Shown piece after piece: positions 12,805 to 27,900 of a stretch of DNA of 64,000 bases; position 1 is the stretch's first letter; every line of letters starts with the position of its first letter. The notes under the pieces are model-generated. The model did not search any database. It saw only the letters and a program-made list of their open reading frames with translations, and was not told the origin of the DNA. The position numbers and the translations under genes were made by a program. The DNA is from Podarcis melisellensis (taxonomy: Eukaryota). Location of the stretch: the NCBI GenBank assembly GCA_964234715.1, contig OZ174280.1; one strand, 5' to 3'.

Positions 12805-15000
12805 AATATTACGGTACATTTTGAGGAAATGGCCTGAATAGGGAATCAGCATTTTCTACTTCTATTTTTAAAGTTTGTTCTCTAATTGCCAACTAGTTTG
12901 CAATCATATAGGTATGACTGCAGGAAGACAAATCCTGAAAAGTAAAATAATGAGGTTGAACTGAAAAGGTCTGTTTCATGACTGAAATGACTTCTTTCAA
13001 TCACTGGTGGCTATTTCCATGGATGGGCAGTCCCTTTAATGAGTGGAATGGAACCTTTGGATTTAGCCCAATGTTTTATTTCAAGAATTGGTTGAATTTT
13101 GAAAGTAGTATGTAGATGAATTGGTAACCGTACTTAAATATTGAAAAATCCTAGCATTGCTTTTGTTGATGTTAACTTCAATTAAACTGGTGGTTTTTAG
13201 TCCTCTCTCACTTAATGGTTTTGAACGCTTCCTTTCACTTTGAAGTGGGATTGTTAGGATACTTCTGCAAATACTCTAGAAAATACAGCAGGGTACTAGG
13301 AAACTCTTGTAGACGTGTTTCTTCAGATTGTTATGCAGATGGTGTTTGAAATCTCATCTGATTCATATCCTGTATACTGTTTAAAAATTAAAAAATAGTG
13401 CACTAGTAAATCTCTTTTAAAATGAGAGGATATATTTGTCTGAAGTTTTTTAAATTGCAGCTGATCTTGCTAAAGCTATACCCAAAGCTTAATATTTATA
13501 TTTGGTGTTTATATACTTTCCAGTTAATCATGTCCTCTGGTCAGTGGCTATATTGACACTTTAACACATCAATATACATATCAGATATTGGAAAATTCAA
13601 GTGATGTTATTGTAGGGGTTTTCTTAGTGGTGTACATGCTAAAATTAATTTGGGAACTTGTGTTAAAGTTTTGACGAGAAGACAATGTTTTCCTGGAAAA
13701 TTCTGCAAGATGGATTGGATCCTAGAAACCACTTACAGAATGTGCTGTCTCACCCACTCCAGGATTAGACGATCTTTTATGTATATGGAGAAGGGAATTA
13801 CAAGACACCACAGAACCCACCTTGCATTAACAGAAATTTATTCTTCCCACACTAGAGTCCCTTTTTATTCCAAATAAATGAGTAGAACAAACAGCTAAAT
13901 TTTGCTTATTTTATCTAAGAAAACTTTACAGTGCAATCTTATGCCTATTTACTCAGACGTCAGCCCCATTGAGTTCAATGGGACTTATTCTTAGGTAATT
14001 ATGTATAAGATTATATTTGCAGTATGATTTCCAGTGTACAACAGATTATAACCCTCATTGGAGTAGCGAAATAATATTTGTTTAGAGATGAAAGGCCAGA
14101 GAAATACAAGCAATATGTCTTTCAGATTCCAGTTAGATTTGTCTTTAATATTGGAGGTCCCAGTGGCATCTGTTAAATAAAACACTTTTCACCAGTTTCA
14201 CCTAGTGTGCCTGCTGCAGTGCCTCCTGGGCATAATTTGCCTTTCTACAGTTATCTTTGCTGTTAACATCCATACTGCATAGTGTTGGTTGTAGGATGTC
14301 CAAACTTCACTTTAAATAGCTGCTTGGAACTTATCCTGCCAGTATATAATATGTTTTAATCTTAATTCTGTTGGTTGGATCCTGGGAGAAAATGAGTGGA
14401 ATTCTGCTCGCACAATGGGGTTTTCTTGGCTCATCTTCCACACATCAATCCTCTGTGCCCCCTGGAAAGCTGTTCCTGAAGGTCAAGGGTCCTTTTGAAC
14501 ACTGATGGGGCATGTGACTGCAGCAGGAAATGGGTACCGCTTGAGAGGGCTGCCTTGTACAAATGGAAGTGCCTTTCTGCTTTTAGGAAATATCTTTGGA
14601 TCCAAGCCATTGAGTACAAGTAAAGTACTGGTCTTGATTGAAAGTTCAGAATTGGGGCTTCTGAAGGGCGTCTGCTTCTGTGCAAATGTCTAAATTCATT
14701 GAGATCTTTAGAGAACCTACTGTGAGTACCCCTGCTTTTGGAGATTCAGTGCATGACTAATGGGGATAGAGTACTGTGAGTGGTGATGTTGAATTGATGG
14801 AATAAATTGATAAACCACTTAGCTAGCCCCTAACTTTGCTAGCCTTTAGCTAACATTGGGGAGCATTAGATGGATTTAATTATATTTTTTGCTCTGCTAA
14901 CGTTATTTAAGGAGCAATATTATAGAAGGCATAGTGAGTCTTGTTTCTAAACATGTAGCTGATGTTCTCTAAGAGTATGAAATTAATATACTTCTATATG

Positions 15001-15241
15001 AACCAGTGGCTTCAAGTTACAAGAAAGGAGATTCCAACTAAACATCAGAAAAAAACTCACAGTAAGAGCTGTTCGACGGTGGAACGGTCTCCTTCGGGAG
15101 GTTGTGGACCCTCCTTCCTTGGAGGTTTTTAAGCAAAGGTTGGGTGCTGTGGATGCTTTAACTGAGATTCCTGCATCGCAGGAGGTTGGACTAGATGACC
15201 CTTGGGGTACCTTCCAACTGTACAATTCTGTGATTCTATAA
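15001..15241 (+). mobile_element. CR1 LINE 3' end fragment
   Basis: GGTTGGACTAGATGACCCTTGGGGTACCTTCCAAC followed by the ATTCTGTG/ATTCTA CR1 tail repeats. Confidence 0.85.
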
Positions 15242-18200
15242 TACAGTTTTCTAGATTTTGATTAGAATTTTATAAACTGCCTTTCTGCTTTAGAGTATTT
15301 GAAGCAGTGTTCAGGAAAAACACCTAACAGTACACTGCCAGAGTATACGGCACTTTATTAAATCAAATACTACACAGTTATTCACCATGAGGAAGCTACT
15401 TATTAAATTCTAACTATGAGAAAGAAGAAAAACGTATAGAAGAGAGATAAAGGTGGTAGGAATAATTTTCGTGTTCAGCTGCACACATTTAGGCATTTTG
15501 TCTTTGGGTGAGAAACCTTTATGGAAGATAGACGTTTTGAGATGTGATACAATATTGATTTATAAAGAGGAGCAAACAGTAGAGCCATTTAAGTGAGCTA
15601 GTGGCTTTTGGGAAGCAGAGGACACCAAACATGATGGTGCCCAATGTTACGACACTTCACTGTAAAAGCAACTATTTATAATGACTCAAAAAAAAATTCT
15701 GTTAGAAGACGCTGTTGTGTTAAAACAAAGGACTTTCATTTTTAAAAAATATATATCAGATATTGTGTTAGAAAATAAAGCTACCACTTGGTGATTCAGT
15801 TAAGGAAACCTATGCACATAAGCAGGTTTCTGTGTATTTTTTATTTAACCAGATAACAATTTATATCATGTTTAATTGTAAGCACCTCTAAGAAGTTTAC
15901 ATAAAATATATAATAAATATTACAACAAAGAATAAATTGCCTCAACAAAGAAGTTTTTAGCAGGCACCAAAAATAGCACAGCAAAGGCACCTGTATAATG
16001 CCGAAAGGAATTGCGTTCCAGAGGAGGTGCGGCATTAACAACATTGTAGGCAGTATTGAGTTCAGTACACAAAATAGGGGTCAGCAGCTGGAAGTGCTTG
16101 TGCCAAATTCAGCCAGCCAGCAACACAGAGGCAGAAGAGCTGTTGAGGCTGCAATATCTGTGGCATCAGCTTGCTGGCAGGCCACTTTTTAGGGACTGCA
16201 TGTGGGATTTTGGCAAATAAGCATCCACTCATTAAAGTGAGAGGAAAACACTGCTGACTTGCAGCATACAGAAATTTGTTTTTGATCTGTTGTTGGTCTG
16301 CCGATGCATAAGACATTAGTCCTTACACTGCATAAATGATTGATTGTAAAGAGCATATGGAAGGGACACTGCCAGATTTCTCAAATTGTGATAATTTCTC
16401 ATAGTGAAAAATGCTTTATTTTGGTGTTTCTATTCTACATAGCATGGTTACTTGTGCGAGGAACTTGGCTTTGTGTTTGTATTTTTTAAAAAGCAAAATT
16501 CTGCATTAAAAGAAGAAAATTCCTGCAGCCTGCCTAAATTACACAACTTAATTTTGCGTGCTTCTGCTTCTCCTTATTTATTGCCCATGCACTTAATCTC
16601 TGTCCATGATACCTAGAGACTTGGACTTTATATTCAACGTTTTCATGTAATTCGTGGTTTTATGTATTTATGCAGACTTGTGTACAGGCAGCTTTATTAT
16701 TTTATTTGTTGTGTGTGTGGCCAAGGACATATGTCTCTCCCAGTATATCTTCACAGCTGCCTTTATGAAGAATAGTGACTGTCCAAGGATTTACACAGTG
16801 CTCTTCATGGCTTAGTGGGGATTTGAATGTGGGTCTCTCCTAGGTCCAACAAAATTCTGTTGTAGCTTAGGTGTGTGTGCACAACTGTCCCCTGTTGTAA
16901 CTATTCTTTTTGGTGCAATACTAAGTTCTAATTGGTAGCAATAAGGTTTATTGCAAAATATGCCTGAGCATATGAAAAGTGATAGGTTGCAGGTACTCAA
17001 GCTACAATTGTGGCAACTGAGAACTTTTTTTGGCAGCCTTTCTGTGGATTTTGAGATTTTTAGGTTAGCTAGCTTTGGCCTTTGCAGTACAGAGCTTGGT
17101 GAAATAATTACTTAGTAACAAGTTTATAAAATTGTTGTTATTCCTTTCTTCTCAATTGTACTTCTTTTACTCAGAACAAGTTTAAATGTATTCAGCACTT
17201 AGATGGTTTAGCTCACAAGTTTATTAATACATGGGCCTTCCACCAAAAACCGAATGTGTCATATGTGAGAGACAGATATTTTTGTGCTAAAATTGGTTAC
17301 TATGGTGCAGCAGAACATTAGTTTGCAGGTTCAATATGAGGTTTGTTCTCTACCTTTTAACCAGGATTTGCTGAATGATACTTTCTCTTAAACTTGTTTA
17401 GGTGTAGTTAACAGATATTTCTCAAATACGTATAGATTAATTCCAGAGTAGTTGTTCCCAAACTCCCCCCCCCCATGGGCCACTTGAAAATTGGATGGCA
17501 GACCACTTAGTTATTTTTCTTCCTGTTGTAGCAATTGTCATGCACTTGCAGATGCTGTGTGATTTTTACTTGTATTTAATTGTATTACAACTTGTATTCC
17601 AGAGAATAAAATTGTAATACTATATGAGAAATGAAAAGATAAAATTCAAATGAATATTTATTGTGGACATGCTATGGATCACCTGGGTGAAGCTCGCAGA
17701 CCACAGTTCAGAAACCCTTGCTATAGAACCTTGTTAAAGTTTTCAGAACAGTGAAACTTTGCATACAAGTAATGCGATGCTTAATTTAAGGTGTATGCAT
17801 GGCCCTTGGGAGAACTATCCTTTTTTGCTTGGATTATTCAAACATTTTTTTCTTGCATTCTTTACTGTTAAGCTGTAGGTCTAGTGTTGTGTATTGGATC
17901 TGGTTATTACTATGGACAATAAAATTAAAATCTAAACTTTGACTATAGAATACTAGAAATTATACTGTATAGATTGAAAACTTCCTTTAGCAAATCAGTG
18001 TTGTCAGTCATCCTTTGTCTGTTGGTTCTATCACTGGAAAATGGTGGTATTTTGACACTGGCCTATCAAGAATACGGTTGTGATGCTAAAGAATCCAGAG
18101 AATTACATCACATTTAATATACATCACTTTAAGGTAGGTAAAACGTCTAGCTACATGGTTGATTGGCAGTCGGTGCATTTAATTTGCTTGGATTAGCTCT

Positions 18201-21200
18201 CAGGGTTCTAGCAAAGTGTTTTGTTCATATCTATGACTCATGTGGCCCTCATGGTAGTATTCCTAAACCACCTCAAAGGTCTATAAGCTGTAAGGCAGTT
18301 GGCTCTGCTTACTCACTCAGTGATGATGACCAAAAATATTTCTCACTCTATCACAAGACAGTACAAGTGTCAAATCTCCTAAAGAACAGATACGATGATA
18401 GATTTGAACTTTGCGGACTTAATACTAGTGCAGAAAAAATTGTAGTCATTGTGTGGATGAGCAGTACTAGCTACCTTAAGGTCATTGTAAAGACTACATC
18501 CCTTGAAAAAATAGATTTTGAAATGCACCAGGAACAAAGAATAGTCTGCCCCTCTCATCATTATTGTGCGTATCTTACCTTTAAACCTGGCATACAGGTA
18601 TACATTTTATGAAATAAAAATAATAAATAACTAAAGTGCCTGCTGAAACAGGAAAGTCTGTCAAGAACTTGAAATTCAGTAGGGAAGAGTTCTGCATAAT
18701 CTCAAAGCAGATTATCAAATTTGGTAGAAATTCAAATTAGACCAAACTAGAGAACACATTTCCATGTAATAAGGAATGTGCAGCCAACACTGGAAAAATT
18801 ATTCACTCAAAGTTAACCACCTAAAATTTGGTGCTGCTAAGAATTGAGAATTCTTTTGTTTCATTTCTGTGCAAGGCTGGCTGTTAGAAATTCTTCTTTA
18901 GAATGAAGGCTCAGAGCAGCTTAAGTAGCAGCCTCCTGCCTACCCACCCAGTAATTGGATTCGCTCTTGCTTAGCTTCACTGGTGCACTCTGTGATCTCC
19001 AGTTGAAGGGTGGTATACAAATTTAATAAATAAAAATTATAAATGATAGATTTTCCTAATAGAGCTACTCCAAAGAGAAATGCTAACAATAACTATATGC
19101 AAATTATGCACTTGCTTAGTAGGGAGAGTTTTTTATTTAATCAATGCATGATTTTTCTAATGAAACTGAGAGGTGGCCATTGAATTTCCTCACATGTATG
19201 CAGAAGCATTTCATGCTGCCTACAGAAGCTGCTTTGTATACAAGCTTACGATGTTTCCAGGTATTCAGTACAGTAACTTCTAAAAGGTGAAGATTAGACA
19301 TTGATTGCCAGTCGATGACAGGTGAGTTACAAGACTCAGGTTTTGTTAAAATGGTATCTTAAAGACAACCATGAACCATTACCAGTGTTGTCTTTGTAAC
19401 AAATTTACCATGTAGTACTTGCAGTATAGATCTGGTGCTGGAAAGAAACAAGTGGCTAAAGAATGAACTAAGCATACACAATGAGAAATGGTGGGGAATA
19501 CACTAAACAGTAATACATCCAGGTGTTTGGTCGGTTTTCAGCTAGAGTAGGCTTGCAAAATCCCCCAACTTTCAAACAGTAAATAACAAATAAGGTTCTA
19601 AGTTGAGCAGCTGTTTTCTCTATAGTTAAGGGAAGAGGATATGTTGATCATCATCACAAATGGGAACTGAAGGTTTCACTGAGATAATGAAACTGTATCT
19701 ATAATGGCTTATTCCAGGGGATCCCAAATTCGCCTGGGGACAGAGCTTCATTCAGGTGGTCCACAGTGTGTTTGTGGATTTGTGGTTGAATGTGGATTTG
19801 TGGTTGAATGCACATCCATTTCATTAAATAGCCATACTGATCTTTAATTGTATTTTAATTGCTTCTTTTATTTAATACATTCTATGGAAATCAAATTGTA
19901 ATACAATATGTAGAATAAAATGCAATTAAAACACAATTAAAATCATGCAGCATATATCATAATTTAATACAATTACCACAACCAACAGAAAAGTCGGTAA
20001 GTGGTCCTCCAAGACCTTCAGCAATTTTCAAAAGGCCCATGTGGGGGAAAGCATGGGAACCACTGGCTTATTGGTTTCTGTAGGATTACAGGGCAGAAAC
20101 TAGCTAGTTAGCATTCTCTGCTGGTAGCCTTTCAGAGAATACAGAGCAGGTGACAGATGACTTGACAGCTGTTTCACTTGTCTGGTTGCAAATGTGTGTT
20201 CCACTCTATATGCCCCATCATACATGCATTTTTAGGTTGTGTGTGTAAACTGTTTTAAATGTACATTAAGGTGGTTTGGCTTTTGACAGTATCCTTCTTG
20301 AAATCATATATTACTTGGAAGTAAAATGATACAAGTATAGTAAATAATGTGCTGCAAGGAAGGATACAGTAAACTTAAAAAAGTAGTGTTGCAATATTAA
20401 GGGAGGTTGGGATGGAGGAAAAGTAGAAATGACATTCAAACTGAACGTTTTTGCATAAACATGTTTGCTATGTGTAGCTGTATGTTTGGGTATGTATAAC
20501 ATACTCAGAGAAGACTGGTTTATGTTGGTATTTGCTTCTTTCACCTATAGCCATAATGTCTCATACAAAGGAGTCCTTGGCATTTAAGCTTAGTGTTTTC
20601 ATCCAGCGTAGGAGTATTTTAATTGTCGGATTGCACCTCCGTGCTGCACTATCCATAGTTACTCTGGTGAATGATTTTTATGTATTCTTCTAAATATATG
20701 ACCTCCTCAGAACACCTTAGCAGGAGTTAATGAAAAATTAATTCAGCCTTCTACTCTATAACTCTACAAGGGGATCCATTTCTACCACTAGTTGCACAGC
20801 TTTGAATCTGGAGCAGCAATAACTAATGCTGTATGTTCTAATTCGAAATTTTTACTGCTAAATAGCAGCAGAAAAATGTAAATGCAGCAGTGATAGGCAC
20901 AGGGATTACTCCTTTAAGCGTAGTAGAAAACTTGTTCTCATGGAGGAGACTGACTAACCAGATGTCACTGGATTTGCACTGGCATAAGCTTAGCCTATAT
21001 TCGTGGTTGTTAGATGTATATAGAATTTGGATAAAGATGCCCATTTAGTAGAACTATAAAGCAAGAGTATCCTGCTTATGGGAATTATTTGTGGTCTTAA
21101 CTATTGCTGCCAATGTTGCGAAGCTGATTCGGCAGTTGAGCTGTCCCCCAATGTGTTCACGCTACAGTTTTTGATTAAACGTCTGCTACTGTGCCTAAAT

Positions 21201-23429
21201 TCATGAAGAGTCTTGGGTATGCTGGGATTTGAAGCTGGTCAAACAATAGGCATTTAAAGGATTAATTGTAAAATAAAACCTTCTGAGTCCAAGTCAAGAA
21301 GGAGATTAAAACAGATTTCGGATTCTTTTCTGAAGGCACAGTTGGGGTTTGTATATGCAGCACAAAGCAGTTTGTTATTTTTTTCAAAAAGTCTCACTGT
21401 TTTGCCTGTCAGGCACTTTGGAATCAAGAATATTGCAGGAGAACATTGCCCGTTGTCCATCGTTCATAACTACAATGAGAGATAGAGCATCATTTCCTAT
21501 TGTATCTTCAGCTGGTAGTGAGGGAAATGGCCAGATGAGCGATATGCATGGCCAGATGCATTGACTGTGCAGCTAATAAGCTGAACTTTGAAAAGTAATA
21601 AACACTCAGCTTCCTCTTCAATGTAACCTCTGACAAATTTCCCATATGGAAGGCTAGTTGCATGCTTCTAAACAAAAGTGATGTATATGTTTTACCTGGT
21701 CTGTGAAAGAGTGGTCTGTATCTGGAAAGCAGAGAAGCCTGTCATTGAGGTGAAATCTCCCATCACGGTTCCACTGCTTCAGCTTCTTGAATAATACAGG
21801 GTATTGTACTTCTAAAGCAAATACACTCAAACATACATACCCTATGAAGTGCCATTTTTGGATGAAACACTGAAGTCGCTGTGCGAGAATGAGAATAACA
21901 GAAAATGAAACGGATTTCAGTTCAGCCATCGTATAAAGTGTTGAATGAGATTAGCAGCATGGATGTGTGTTCTCATCGACACTGCGATGCAGACAACAAT
22001 GAGCATCCTGAAATCAGAAACATGAAATGTGGATAGCAGTGTGCATCCATGTCTTGCTTCCATATGAATGAGCATTTGCATCAGGTTGCACAAACAGCCT
22101 GCTGCGATGGGACAGAAGTTCCAAAATTTGTATCTACAATATATTGCAAACATGAAATGCTAATAATATTACACTATATAGGCAGGTTGAAGGAGCCCAG
22201 TAATAACAGCAGTATTAAAAGTGAAAAAGGCACCCCCACACACACACTGGAAAAGTAGGAATGAAAAAAAGACCCTGTCAAGTGAATTCAAAGACATTAT
22301 TAAGTAGATAGCTTAAACAGACATGTTTAAGACATGTTTAAAATAGAAAGAACACTCACAGGTGAAAATGTAATTCATCAGAGACTCAATACATTTCTAC
22401 TTAACTAAAGAACTATTTTGCAGATGAGAGACTCTTAACTTAAGTTACATTCATGCCAAAGCTATGAAGGCAATGAAAACATTGCTGAACTAGGTTGTAT
22501 ACTAGCCACAAATCTCTTCCCACCCCTTCTAGTTAGCAAATATAATAGTTACCTACCAATATTGTGGCTTGTAAGACCAGCTTTTTAGAAAGTCTGAATA
22601 GTTTAGCATTGTGCTAAACTAGTTTTTGAAAATGAAATTTGAGCAACGTTTGTTTACATGTGCGGCAACAAATCGGAGAATCTAAAATGAGACAGCAACT
22701 TTGAAAAACGCAAGTGAAATATGGAATTCAACTTAGTTTATTGTGTGATGATTATATCACTTAAGGAATAAGCCCAGGCTAGGAAGTGATAGAAAATAAT
22801 AGCATTTCTTGATCTTAAGTAGTACATGAAGTTCTGGTCAGCTTAACTCAACTGTATGAAACTGCAAACTACGGATCAGGGAGTTACTGATCTGGAAAGC
22901 TTAGGCGGTAAGAGTTAAGAAAACTTAGTGGAAAACTTCTTTTAAAAACCCCTTTCATACAATCAAAGTTCCTTAGCATTCAACAAGCTCATGGCAAAGG
23001 AAATAAGTGGTTCATGACACCATAAACTTGCCATATTGGCAGTTGTGGGGGGGAGGGGAGCGTAGAAAGCCACTAAAGATGCTCGTTCCACCCAGAGTAG
23101 ATCTGTTGAAATAATAAACATGGCTAACATGCCCGTTAATTTCAATGGGTCTACTCTCAGTAAAACGCAAGCCACAATCTATAACTTTAATGAGGTTTGA
23201 GTATTATGAATGGATTAGTAGGGATTGTAGTATGCAGTGGCCTGGGTAATTGAAAACGATTCCTGCGTGGAAGGGGTTGGACTAGATGATCCTCAGGTTC
23301 CCAACAGTATGATTCTATGATCGGGAATACATTGGAAGCAGTAAATGATGGTTCAACCAAGTAAGGTTTTTCATCTTGCAATACCATAATCTGCAGCAAT
23401 GTACTTGCTGGTAAGTGCTCACATATAAA

Positions 23430-23562
23430 GGATTGCTCAGTTGGTTAGAGTGTGGTGCTAATAACACCAAGGTTGCAGGTTTGCATATTCCTGCATTACA
23501 GGGGACTTGGACTGGATGATCCTCGGGGCCATTTCCAACTCTACAATTCTATGATTCTGTGA
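23430..23562 (+). mobile_element. tRNA-Ile-derived SINE with CR1-type 3' tail (lacertid POM/Squam2-like)
   Basis: Head GCTCAGTTGGTTAGAGTGTGGTGCTAATAACACCAAGGTTGCAGGTT resembles tRNA-Ile(AAT); tail TTGGACTGGATGATC...ATTCTATGATTCTGTGA is CR1-like. Confidence 0.75.
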
Positions 23563-24809
23563 CTGGGGGAGGGATTAGAATGGTGCAGTTGATTCTTTCT
23601 GCAGCGCTAAATGAAGTAGGTATGTTGTGGGTAGTGTTTTGGGATAGGTCAGGGGGTGGGGTGTGAGATGCTTCATTTAAGCATCTAAAGCTCACACAGC
23701 AAGTCTTTGAATTCTTAAGCTAATCAAAGTGTGGTAGATAACCTCAAATATAGGCATAGCATTATAGCGTCTGTGGGTAAAGAAAAGGATAGGGGTTTGG
23801 GTTATTCACCTAGTTACGTGCCTGCTCTGTTGCCCCATTTCTATAGAATCCACCTTCCTCATAGAAGGAAATCACCTGTTGAGTGCAGCAGGCTAAATAA
23901 CACGGCCTTGTGTATTGATTCACTGAACAATGCTGCTATCCATATTCTGTGCATATTGTGACCCTGGGGATTTGTTTAGAGAGTGCAGTAGAAATCTGTA
24001 AATAAATAAAACCATGAGTGTACAAGTGAACTGCTGCTATATAAATTGATCTTTGAACATTTTCACTGCTGTGCTATTCTCTTGAGCAATTTCTTCCACC
24101 GCTTCAATTAAGTACTGCGGTGATCCAATGATGCTGAGATACATGTCACATTATTGCTTACTACTGCTTTCATTTTTTCACATCTGGAAAATGGGTATAA
24201 GTATGAGAAATGCATCAAATACAAACCAAAATGCAGAAGGAACATTCTGAACAGTCTGGATTAAGCTGATGAACAAAAAGCAAGCAATGCTTCTGACTGA
24301 GAAATGCAAAATAATGTCCATCTGTTGAGAATTATTGATAATTATTCCAACTACACAGTTTTCAATTTTAAATAGACAGGAAAGTGATTTACTAGAATAT
24401 CAGCAGGCCATTTCTGTGGTCAAAAGTTATTAGAAGCTAAAAAATAGTACAAGTATAAGATGTAACCAGTACAACACAGTCTCTGGCCAAATCATCTTAG
24501 CTTTGCCTTATCAAAAACATACGAAAATGAAAATAGAAACAATTTAAGATGAGCGCCCAAATTCATGATTCTCTATTGATTCTAAAATATAATTAATTGA
24601 CCAGACTGATGTGTCGGTAGTGTAGTAGGGAAGATTCGTATGCCCATTCTGAAAGAATGAACTTAACAAAGAGGCACAGCTTTTGCTGTATAAATTACAT
24701 TATAAAGTCTAGTGACACTATTATATTCAAAAGGTCTAGAAAATGGAAATAACATATAACATCTTATTGGCTCTTTGCCAAGAAGTACCTGAAATCTCAT
24801 GCATATATG

Positions 24810-24943
24810 CAGTGCCTTTTTCTGGGGGTACCCCTAAACATTTTGTGAATCTAACTTTGACCTCATTGGGGGCAGTATTTCAATATGAGTAGGAAAATGA
24901 GAGTACCCCTAAACATTTTTTTATATATAGAAAAAAAGCACTG
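24810..24943. mobile_element. hAT-type MITE
   Basis: TIRs CAGTGCCTTTT...AAAAAGCACTG with 8-bp TSD CATATATG/CATATAAG (1 mismatch). Confidence 0.8.
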
Positions 24944-27900
24944 CATATAAGTGATCTGACTTAACATTACTAAATGGGAGTAAACAAAAGATATATTGCT
25001 CCATGATGGCACTTGGTTCAATTTCCTATCTTCTAGAAAAGAAACTAACCTGCTATTCAGTCAGTTAGGGTTATGATGCATAAAAATCCCTGTTCAAAGG
25101 TTTAGGTTAGAAACTCTGGCCCGGGTTTAGACCTTACCTAGTAAGCATTTGTGGAAACTAAATCTTGGCACTGTTCAGCTGTAGAAAGGAAATACAGTAT
25201 GGTGAATTCATCGAGGAGTATCAGTCAGACAACTTCTTGGCATATGTGTCACATGCAGAGTTCAAAGAGTGTAACAAACTAGGGCATTTATCCTTTGATG
25301 CAGTCGAATGAGATGAGAGTAGCAAATAGTGTAGATTAGGCTATGTTATGTGATAGCTAGCTGTTGGTTTCTCTGCCACATTGCACCCTGCTTTCAGGTT
25401 TGCCACCCATTGTATATTTTAACTTGTAAATTAGTGTTCTTAGCTCCTTTCTCTTGTAAACTCTTAGCACCTATCTGAAATGCAGATTAAGAAACTCTTT
25501 GGGGCAGAGAGAAATATGATTATAAAAGGCACCTGTCTCTCATTATTGTACCATTTGACTAGTTAGAATGAGCATTTGAAAGAATTTGTTAGCTTGACCA
25601 CTGTTGAATCCATGGGTGGCATCGCTCATTTTGGGTTTAGACCTTACCTTACACAGTAATTGTTTACATACTTCTCCTTATTAGACTTTTTCAGTAAAAA
25701 GATCAGTATTACTTGTCTGAATGCTTGTAAACTAATGAAATAATTCTTACTGCTTCCAGAACATGTTTTCAGACATATGTTTATGACTCATTCTTCAGCT
25801 TTTAATAAGTAAATGCAAACTTTTGAGCTGATTCTCAATCTTACAAATTGTTGGTGGGCTACCTGTTCATAAACTCTGACATCAAGATAAAAGCAACAAA
25901 TCTAAATTTGAGGGTTTAATAGACTCTGAACCTCTAGACTCCAAAAGAGGTCTCTAAAGCACAAAACCTACAAAACAGTTGAAGTGTTGCAGGAAAAAGC
26001 AACTGTATACTACAGCAGTCCTGTTTATCTTCATACTCTTCTGTGCTAAAGGGGAGGATATTCAGAAAATCATTTGACTTTGAATGCATTTTACAGTTCT
26101 AGGGCTTTTTCAGACTGTCTTATTGCACTGTAACTATAACCCAGTTACAGTTGCATATGTGAGCCAAACATTTTACTGCCATTCTCAGTAATGTGGTGTT
26201 TGGGATTTTAGAAGCTAGCTAATGTACATTTTGGATTGAATATAGTTTGGTTGGCAGCCTGTGGCTAGTGTCTGTAGCATCACTGGTGATAAGTTACACA
26301 TTTCTCTCCCCATCCATCCTAAGGAAGTTTTTTTACTTTGATTTTTTACTGCTGTACTTCTTCAGAAGCACTAATGATTGCCAGGCGTTCCCTATTTCCC
26401 ATTGGCAGGGGTCATCCAACAGCCATTGTAGATGTTCCTGATTTACATTTCCATGAAAAAAGGCCAGTTTAAGTCTCCCTTTTTGAAATCCATGTTTTCT
26501 GGACAAGCAGTTGCTTGTGGCGATTAAAGCTTTGGTTTGCTACAAAATTGAAACTTGTTATACATCCTAAGTATATGATCCAAAATGTCTGGTCATGCAG
26601 TTTGTGTGCACTAAACAATTGTATCTTTTTAGAGACAAAGATCACTTACAGGATCACTTACCTGAAGGCTAAGGCTGCAGATGACTACAAGGGCTTAGTG
26701 GACAATTTTGGTGCAGTGCAAGATGCCATTCCTGTATTTTCACGTCTCTGGGTCATGTTTCATGACTTTCTCGGTCAAATGGAAAGGCAAAATGATACAT
26801 TACAAGGCCTTTTTCTTGCATTTATAATGCCTAACCTTGGAAATCAGATCTCTACACACACATACACACCAACATGGAGGTGTTTGTGATACTGATATAT
26901 AATACTATATATAATATATTTTGGTTCTGTGTTGAAAGCAGTTTGTGGCATAGAAGAGCAGCATGTGTCACTGTGAGAAGACCTGATATAGCCAGGGAAA
27001 GATGCAGATGTCATTCTAACTTAAACTATGCAAAAGTGCACTTGGCCACCACTGAAACTCAGGCTTCCAGGTTCAGGGTTGAAGCTAGGAACACACCCAA
27101 ACTGCAAACCTGTGTCCAAGAGGTCTGCTATCATCTAAGATAGACTAAGGCCAGGACCAACTCTGCTTTGTCTGAATCAGGCTTCAGTGTATTCACTCTT
27201 ATACAGTCTTATAGGTGTCAAAAAATGATTCAGAATCTGAAGAGCTTTCTTGGATTTAAATGGAAAGGAAAGGTAGCATTGAGCATCATCAGCATATTGT
27301 TAACACAGAACCTCAAAACCACGGATGCTCACACACAGTGGTTAGCACTGAGGCAAGATGGAGTCACGAGGGATCTATAGCCCAATGGCCAAATCATCAA
27401 GCAGGAGTCCCCTAGCACCACCTTCTGGAACTGACCCCGCACAAAGGACTAGAACCACCATAAATCAGTGCCTCCAAGTCCTATCACAACCAGGCAGTTC
27501 ACAAAAATAGGATTCCATGGTTGATAGTAACAAAAGCCCCAGAGAAGTCTGGCGGAACCACCAGGGACATGCTCTCCCTGTCCAGTTCCTGGAGTAGATT
27601 GTCCACCAAGAGGATCAAAGCTGCCTCCATCCCATAACCAACCTGAAACTGCATTCAAATGGCTCTAGATAATCAGTCTTAAATTTAAAAAAATCCTGAA
27701 GTTATTATGCCACCACATGCTTAAGCACCTTTCCCAAGAATGGAGTATTGGAGACTGGATGGAAAGCATTTGGTACTGTCTTTATTATTTTATGAAACAA
27801 GATGTAACTCATCATTGACCACCCAAAAAAGTTGCACTGGATGACTGTGGAATGCAGTGGTGGCAGAAATGCAGTTTCTTTGCTGTCATCTCTGCCATAG

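Noticed and set aside
18163-18612. 149-aa ORF and other intronic ORFs between RBM12 and CPNE1
   Set aside because: No homology I recognise, non-ATG start for this ORF, no coherent splice structure.
23430-23485. tRNA-Ile and (at 32690) tRNA-Ala genes
   Set aside because: T-arm and acceptor stem are broken and each continues into a LINE-derived tail, so these are SINE heads.
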